IMG/VR virus record: IMGVR_UViG_3300011334_000276
Span: 1 to 45,122 of that record
Direction: 5' to 3' (one strand)
DNA length: 45,122 nt
From: a virus
Taxonomy: Duplodnaviria > Caudoviricetes
The notes under the pieces were generated by a model, which ran no database searches, was not told where the DNA came from, and saw nothing but the letters and a program-made list of their open reading frames with translations. A program made the position numbers and the translations under genes. The first letter of the stretch is position 1, and each line of letters begins with the position of its first letter. Shown in pieces: positions 39,631-45,122 of this stretch.

Positions 39631-40311
39631 ATGACCACCAGCGGCACATACGCATTCAACCCAGGTCTGGGCGAGATCGTGCTTTACGCATACATGAACT
39701 TGGGCATCCGCCCAACGTCACTGTTGCAGGAGCATATGGACTCGGCCCGCATGGCGACCAACATGATGCTGTCCCGCTGGTCAAATCAGGGCGTGAACCT
39801 CTGGGCGGTTGACCTGATCACAACGCCACTGGTGGAGGGCCAAACCACCTACGCCGTTGAACCCAACACCGTCATGATCCTTGATGCCTACACCACCACC
39901 GATCAGGGCATCGACCGTGTGATCATGCCGATCAGCCGCACCGAGTATGCATCGTACCCGAACAAGGAGCAGCAGGGCTTCGTCACATCCTTCTGGTATG
40001 ACCGCCTGATCTCCCCCACCATCACGCTGTGGCCAGTTCCTGATGGCACCTCGTCCACGATCCTGAAGTATTACCGTGTGCGCCAAATCCAAGACTCAAA
40101 CCTTCAAAACAACGAGAATGTCGAGGTTCCGTACCTCTGGCTGGAAGCGTTCTCTGACGGCCTCGCATACCGACTGGCGCGCATCTGGAACCCCCAAATG
40201 GCCGTTGCCCTGAAGGCTCAGGCTGACGAGAGCTACAGCATCGCGGCGAACCAGAACGTGGAGAATGTCGGGACATACATCAGCCCCATGATTGGCGGGT
40301 ATTTCCGATAA
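39631..40311 (+). CDS. putative head-tail adaptor / tail tubular protein
   Basis: TTSGT..F, W.N.GVNLW, ISR.EY...PNK..QG, LWPVPD, GLAY.LA. Confidence 0.75.
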   Translation: MTTSGTYAFNPGLGEIVLYAYMNLGIRPTSLLQEHMDSARMATNMMLSRWSNQGVNLWAVDLITTPLVEGQTTYAVEPNTVMILDAYTTTDQGIDRVIMPISRTEYASYPNKEQQGFVTSFWYDRLISPTITLWPVPDGTSSTILKYYRVRQIQDSNLQNNENVEVPYLWLEAFSDGLAYRLARIWNPQMAVALKAQADESYSIAANQNVENVGTYISPMIGGYFR

Positions 40312-40811
40312 TGGCATACGCATCAAGATCAGGTAAGGCGAGAACGTCACGGGTATCCCCGCAGGCTCACGCGATCTGTGATCGGTGCGGTGGCCGCTAC
40401 AACCACGTCAACTTGAACTGGCAGTACGACTGGGCTGGCGCGTCCATCATCAACAAGCGCATCTTGGTGTGCAGGAAATGCATGGACAACCCACAGCAGC
40501 AGCTTCGCGCCATTGTGCTGCCCGCAGACCCCATGCCGATCCTGAACCCGCGCCCAGAGCAGTTTGAGCGCGCCGAGACGGATTACCGCCTGACAAGCCT
40601 GCCTGCCACCATGAACCTAAAGACTGGCCTCATGGTGCCAGAGGGTGACACCCGCATCACCGAAAACGACAAGAAGCGTGTCGTTCAGCAGACAGGCTTT
40701 GCGAATGGCAGCCTGAATGAAAGACCTGGCACAGACCCCAATGCCCCAGGTGACAATGACCCAGGTTTGCCGTATGGTAACACTGAAGTTCCAGAGACAG
40801 GGCCGATCTGA
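40311..40811 (+). CDS. conserved phage protein with Zn-binding motif
   Basis: A.AICDRCG.RY, LVC.KC.D..Q.QL, DP.P..NPRP. Confidence 0.75.
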   Translation: MAYASRSGKARTSRVSPQAHAICDRCGGRYNHVNLNWQYDWAGASIINKRILVCRKCMDNPQQQLRAIVLPADPMPILNPRPEQFERAETDYRLTSLPATMNLKTGLMVPEGDTRITENDKKRVVQQTGFANGSLNERPGTDPNAPGDNDPGLPYGNTEVPETGPI

Positions 40812-42814
40812 TGGCGAATATTCAAATCCCAAACCTCCCAGCCGTTGCCGCCCTTTCTGGGGCCGAACTGTTTGAGGGTGTTCAGGCTGGCACATCCGTA
40901 AAGATCAGCTTGGATCAGGTCATCGCGGCAAGCCGCAGCGGAAACCCCACGACACTCCCCATCCCAGTCAGCTTGGGTGGCACGGGTGTCTCAACGATCA
41001 CTGGATACATCAAGGGAAGCGGCACCACCCCATTCACGGGATCGGCCACCATACCCAATACTGACATCACGGGCCTTGGCACGATTTCCACCCAGAATGC
41101 CAACGCCGTGGCAATCACGGGTGGCTCTATCAATGGAACAGCTATCGGCGCGTCAGACCCATCCACCATTGCGGGAACCACGGGAACTTTCACTGGTGAC
41201 CTGACCGTCACAAACGCAAATCCATCCTTGTCTTTTTTTGAGACGGGAGTGACTGCTAATAGGGATGCCAGAATACGCCTGAACGATAATGACTTGATAT
41301 TTGAAACGGTTACGGACGCTGGTATTCAAGTCCAAGAGAATATGCGTATCGAATACACTGGAAATGTGGGCATTGGCACCGCCTCTCCATCCACTTTACT
41401 TGACGTTGCTGGCGCTGTAAATATTGCCCTTAGTTCAGCAAACAGCGGTTTAACAATCACCCAAACTGGCTCTGGTAACGCACTGGTGGTCGAGGACAGC
41501 GCAAACCCAGACAGTACGCCATTCGTCATCACGACCACGGGCGAAGTTGGGATTGGAGTTGCAGCGCCCACCACAAAGCTTGATGTCGCTGGCGCGGTGA
41601 ACATCTCTGTCAGTTCAGCAAACAATGGCCTGACAATAACCCAAACTGGTGCGGGCAACGCACTGGTGGTTGAGGATAGCACAAGCCCAGACAGTTCACC
41701 GTTCGTTGTGAGCGCAACTGGAAACGTTGGTATCGGCAATGGCACCCCCGCCGCCAAGCTTGACGTTGTGGGTTCTACAATCATCTCTGGCGACCTCACG
41801 GTTGATACAACCACCCTCTATGTTGACGCTGGCAACAATAGGGTGGGCGTTGGTACTGCCTCGCCAAGCACAACGCTTGATGTCAGGGGGAACGCTCGCT
41901 TTGAAAACGATAGCCCCAGCATCATCCTCGCTGAAAGCGACTCCACAGACACCGATGCCAGATTTCGTGTGCAGGCTGGAAGCCTCTTGTTTGAGACTGT
42001 TACAGACGCTGGAGTGCTAGTTCGTGAGAACATGCAGATTGGCTCTACGGGCAACGTTTCAATTGATACCAACACCTTGTTCGTTGACGCAACAAACAAT
42101 CGTGTGGGTGTTGGCACTACCACTCCCGCTAGTGCGCTTGACGTAGCGGGGTCAGTTAATCTCTCTGCTTCCACCACAGAAGGCCGCTCCGTTAATGTGG
42201 GTATTGGACGAACTGGTAATGGAACCGCCGCTGTAGACTTAGTTGGAGATGCTACATATACCAGTTATGGCCTGCGGGTAATCCGAGACGGGAGCGGGGC
42301 GAACTCAAACAGTAATATTATCCATAGGGGTACTGGAACACTTGTTCTGAACGCCTTTGAGGCGGGTGGCATAGAATTTTACACAACAAACACTCGCGGG
42401 ATGCGTATTGGCCCTACACAAGCTATAACTATGGACAACCTTGCTGGATCAGGGTCACGCGCAGTAAACGCAAGCCCCACTGGCGTATTGTCGGCCACGT
42501 CTGACAGCCGCTTGAAACATGAGGTTGAGGGCGCGCCAATCCCAGGTCTGGCTGAAATCATGCAGCTTGAGCCGAGGGCGTATCAGTGGCTTGACGACAT
42601 TGAAAAGCGCGGTGAAAATGCGTCAGTCGAGATCGGTTTCTTTGCTGATCAGGTCAAGGACATCATCCCGTCAGCCGCCCCGATGGGCAACGATGGGTAT
42701 TACGGGTTCTACGACCGCTCGGTTGTCGCTGCCCTGACTAAAGCTGTGCAAGAGCAGCAGGCTATAATTGTCGCTCTTGAAGCCCGCCTGACCGCCCTAG
42801 AAAAAATACGCTGA
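40811..42814 (+). CDS. tail fibre with C-terminal intramolecular chaperone (peptidase S74-like)
   Basis: PVSLGGTG, repeated GNVGIGT..P...LDV.G, TSDSRLK, IGF.A..V, L.KAVQEQ...I..LE.RL..LE. Confidence 0.88.
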   Translation: MANIQIPNLPAVAALSGAELFEGVQAGTSVKISLDQVIAASRSGNPTTLPIPVSLGGTGVSTITGYIKGSGTTPFTGSATIPNTDITGLGTISTQNANAVAITGGSINGTAIGASDPSTIAGTTGTFTGDLTVTNANPSLSFFETGVTANRDARIRLNDNDLIFETVTDAGIQVQENMRIEYTGNVGIGTASPSTLLDVAGAVNIALSSANSGLTITQTGSGNALVVEDSANPDSTPFVITTTGEVGIGVAAPTTKLDVAGAVNISVSSANNGLTITQTGAGNALVVEDSTSPDSSPFVVSATGNVGIGNGTPAAKLDVVGSTIISGDLTVDTTTLYVDAGNNRVGVGTASPSTTLDVRGNARFENDSPSIILAESDSTDTDARFRVQAGSLLFETVTDAGVLVRENMQIGSTGNVSIDTNTLFVDATNNRVGVGTTTPASALDVAGSVNLSASTTEGRSVNVGIGRTGNGTAAVDLVGDATYTSYGLRVIRDGSGANSNSNIIHRGTGTLVLNAFEAGGIEFYTTNTRGMRIGPTQAITMDNLAGSGSRAVNASPTGVLSATSDSRLKHEVEGAPIPGLAEIMQLEPRAYQWLDDIEKRGENASVEIGFFADQVKDIIPSAAPMGNDGYYGFYDRSVVAALTKAVQEQQAIIVALEARLTALEKIR

Positions 42815-42824
42815 GGAGCTTGCG

Positions 42825-43049
42825 ATGGAGGTTCTGGAGTTTCTCATGAAGTGGGCAGTTGCTCCAGTAGCTGCCATCGTCTTTTCGATGTACACCCGCC
42901 AGCAGTCACACGCCACAGACATTGCCGTGTTAAAGGCCACAGCGACAGCCAACAAAGAGGCCCACGACCGAGAGTTCAAGCAAATACAGGACAGCTTCAA
43001 GGCTGTCTTTCTTAAACTGGATGATATTGAGAGGGCATTACGCAAATGA
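42825..43049 (+). CDS. putative holin
   Basis: single N-terminal TM segment plus coiled coil; ATGA-coupled to endolysin. Confidence 0.55.
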   Translation: MEVLEFLMKWAVAPVAAIVFSMYTRQQSHATDIAVLKATATANKEAHDREFKQIQDSFKAVFLKLDDIERALRK

Positions 43050-43669
43050 CACGCACATTTGGATCACGCAGCACCAAGAACATGAATGGTATCCACCCTG
43101 ATTTGCGCCTCGTTCTGGACAAGGCGTTGCAGGACAGCCCGCTGGACTTCGTGGTAATCGAGGGCCTGCGCACCAAGGAGCGCCAGCAACAGCTTGTTGC
43201 CAGTGGCGCATCAAAGACAATGGACAGCCGTCACATCACGGGCCACGCAGTCGATCTGCTGCCCATCGGGCCTGACGGGAAACCTGCGTTTGACTGGCCG
43301 CTGTACAACCAGCTTGGCCCCGCCGTAAAGAAGGCTGCCGCCGATTTGGGTATCGAACTTGATTGGGGTGGCGACTGGAAAAAATTCAAGGACGGGCCGC
43401 ACTTTGAGCTTGACCGCACGGCGTATCCCGTGGGCGAGTGGGAAACAAAGGCCAACCCACCCAAGGAGCGCACCAACGCCGCGCAGTCCACCACAATGCA
43501 GGCTGGGGCCGTGCAGATCGTGTCTGGCGCTGGCGCAGGCATTGCCGCCGTTGGCTCGCTGGATGGCACGGCCCAGATCGTGGCTCTGGCATTCGCTGGC
43601 GTGGTTATGCTCGCCGCCCTGTGGATAATGCGTGAGCGCCTGCGCAAGTGGGCAGACGGGGATCGCTGA
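43046..43669 (+). CDS. endolysin, M15C L-Ala-D-Glu peptidase type, with C-terminal hydrophobic helices
   Basis: G.HPDL, EGLRT.ERQ..L, S.H.TGHAVD, WGGDW..F.D.PHFEL. Confidence 0.88.
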   Translation: MTRTFGSRSTKNMNGIHPDLRLVLDKALQDSPLDFVVIEGLRTKERQQQLVASGASKTMDSRHITGHAVDLLPIGPDGKPAFDWPLYNQLGPAVKKAAADLGIELDWGGDWKKFKDGPHFELDRTAYPVGEWETKANPPKERTNAAQSTTMQAGAVQIVSGAGAGIAAVGSLDGTAQIVALAFAGVVMLAALWIMRERLRKWADGDR

Positions 43670-43890
43670 TGCTCGGATGGATCAAGCGCGCCGCTGTCTG
43701 GGTGGCTGGGGCCGCCGCAATCATCTTCGCGGCGTGGATGGCTGGGCGGCGAGATCAGCGCCAACAGGCCGCCGTGGAGACTGCCGAATCTTATATTAAA
43801 ACCCGAAAGGAAATTGATGATGTTGAAGATCATATCGGTGATGACCCTGCTGTGCTTCGTGAGTGGCTGCGCCAGCGCGGCAAACAATAA
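43669..43890 (+). CDS. putative i-spanin (Rz-like)
   Basis: N-terminal TM segment and helical remainder; TGATG-coupled to endolysin. Confidence 0.6.
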   Translation: MLGWIKRAAVWVAGAAAIIFAAWMAGRRDQRQQAAVETAESYIKTRKEIDDVEDHIGDDPAVLREWLRQRGKQ

Positions 43891-44017
43891 CGCCGTGTGT
43901 GATGGCACCGCTGAGGCCCGAACAAAACACGCCGCCGCGCTGGCCAATGACGGCGGCGACAAGTCCGTTGTAACTGGCGCACTCCTGATCAACATGATTG
44001 ATGTGGTGTGCAAATGA
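43817..44017 (+). CDS. putative o-spanin (Rz1-like lipoprotein)
   Basis: lipobox VSG-C; overlaps the 3' end of the i-spanin candidate in another frame; two further Cys. Confidence 0.65.
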   Translation: MMLKIISVMTLLCFVSGCASAANNNAVCDGTAEARTKHAAALANDGGDKSVVTGALLINMIDVVCK

Positions 44018-44283
44018 ACCGATCTCAAGTTCTTGATACGGCAAAGGGCTGTGTCACCAAGGATCGCGCCGCGACCCATGGAAACATGGAAGACAATTTC
44101 GCCACCATCGCAAAGTATTGGTCTGTCCACTTGGACATCCCCATCACTCCAGTTGATGTCGCAGTGATGATGGCTCTTCTGAAGGCGGCAAGGATCAAGA
44201 CAAACGAGGGACACGAAGACAACTGGGTTGACGGGGCTGGGTATTTTGCCTGTGGCGGGGAGCTTGCAACGTCTATTGGATAA
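44014..44283 (+). CDS. DUF6378-like (nucleotide modification-associated) protein
   Basis: DR...HG...DNF..IA..WS, DVA.MM.LLK.AR, DNWVD.AGY. Confidence 0.85.
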   Translation: MNRSQVLDTAKGCVTKDRAATHGNMEDNFATIAKYWSVHLDIPITPVDVAVMMALLKAARIKTNEGHEDNWVDGAGYFACGGELATSIG

Positions 44284-44327
44284 GTGGCGAATTTAGTCTA
44301 TAGTGCCTGAAAACGTAAGGTGACCTC

Positions 44328-45068
44328 ATGGTTGGACTGACATACGCAACGTACAAGACGCAGATCGCGGAAATGGCCGTAGTCGCGGAGGATGATGTCA
44401 ATTTCTTGGCGATCCTGCCCTCAATGATCGACTACGCCACCCTGCGCATCAACCGCGACCTTGACCTATTGGTCACATCAGCCTCCCTGTATGGGGCTGA
44501 TTACAAGCTGACGGCGGGGAACAGAAACCTGTCTTTCAACCAGAACCTTCCAGATGGATCGTACTTTGTCGTCAGCGAGCAAATCAACCTGATCACCCCC
44601 GCTGGACAGACCGATCCAGATGCCAATGGCCGCACCCCACTCCTGCCTGCCACAAAGGAGTTTTTAGATGCTGTTTTTGGCTCTTCGGCAATCGCAAACA
44701 GGGCGCAGCCAAAGTATTTTGTGCCATTCAACGACACGCTGTTTCTTGTGGGGCCAGTGCCAGACGTTGATTACTACGTCGAAGTTGTGGGTACAGTTCG
44801 ACCTGCGCCGCTATCTGAGGATGTCCAAACCACGTTCATCAGCCAGTACCTTCCAGACCTCCTGATTATGGCATCCATGATCTATATCTCGGCCTACCAA
44901 CGCAACTTCGGCAGGCAGTCAGACGACCCGCAGATGGCGCAGAGCTACGAGAGCCAGTATGGGACGCTTCTCAAGTCAGCGATGGTTGAAGAGGCCCGCA
45001 AGAAATTTGAGGGTGCGGCGTGGTCATCTCAGGCTCCTGCCTCAGTCGCATCACCGACACGGGGGTAA
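44328..45068 (+). CDS. putative head-tail connector / tail protein
   Basis: LTY, I..A..RI.RDLD, PKYF, VGP.PD..Y.VE, TFIS...PDLL..ASM. Confidence 0.75.
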   Translation: MVGLTYATYKTQIAEMAVVAEDDVNFLAILPSMIDYATLRINRDLDLLVTSASLYGADYKLTAGNRNLSFNQNLPDGSYFVVSEQINLITPAGQTDPDANGRTPLLPATKEFLDAVFGSSAIANRAQPKYFVPFNDTLFLVGPVPDVDYYVEVVGTVRPAPLSEDVQTTFISQYLPDLLIMASMIYISAYQRNFGRQSDDPQMAQSYESQYGTLLKSAMVEEARKKFEGAAWSSQAPASVASPTRG

Positions 45069-45071
45069 TGA

Positions 45072-45122
45072 ATGCCACACGCGAGCCTCAAGCTAATCAC
45101 AGGCGTTGATCAAAACAGGACA
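45072..45122 (+). CDS. probable tail protein (partial, runs off the window end)
   Basis: MPHASLKLITGVDQNRT...; next gene in the tail operon. Confidence 0.55.
   Translation, partial: MPHASLKLITGVDQNRT

Noticed and set aside
1-45122. TAG stop-codon reassignment
   Set aside because: Well-bounded genes end in TAG (13494, 14443, 32105, 10839), core genes are intact under the standard code, and the only tRNA is not a suppressor.

Overview
A 45-kb stretch of a tailed dsDNA bacteriophage genome, visibly GC-rich (roughly 55-60%) and probably podovirus-like. An alphaproteobacterial host is plausible but is inference. Both ends cut through genes. Layout: (1) leftward recombination/replication operon (Sak4-like ATPase, SSB, YqaJ exonuclease, Zn-finger protein, RadD/YejH-like helicase, VRR-NUC nuclease), divergent from a Cro-like HTH gene and a primase-polymerase/helicase; (2) accessory region of many small genes, including SPFH, RyR-domain, SprT-like and Mom-like genes, tRNA-Arg(TCT), a probable AT-rich origin at about 16.2-16.5 kb and a repeated promoter-hairpin-RBS cassette; (3) terminase genes with inserted small genes and dCTP deaminase; (4) portal, two large multidomain 'polyvalent' proteins, a low-complexity xxGG-repeat protein, GroES-like protein, scaffold, capsid and head-completion genes; (5) tail fibre, lysis cassette and the start of further tail genes. 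No integrase, CI-type repressor, DNA polymerase or CRISPR array is seen. Strongest leads: a shared xxGG and V-x-x-A-L-x-L-T motif grammar in the putative head-cargo proteins, an overprinted ORF in one linker, several compact structured RNA elements around the capsid genes, and the apparent absence of CCGG. All protein calls come from motif recognition by eye, with no database search. Many start codons were moved from the ORF track to the RBS-supported or overlap-supported ATG.
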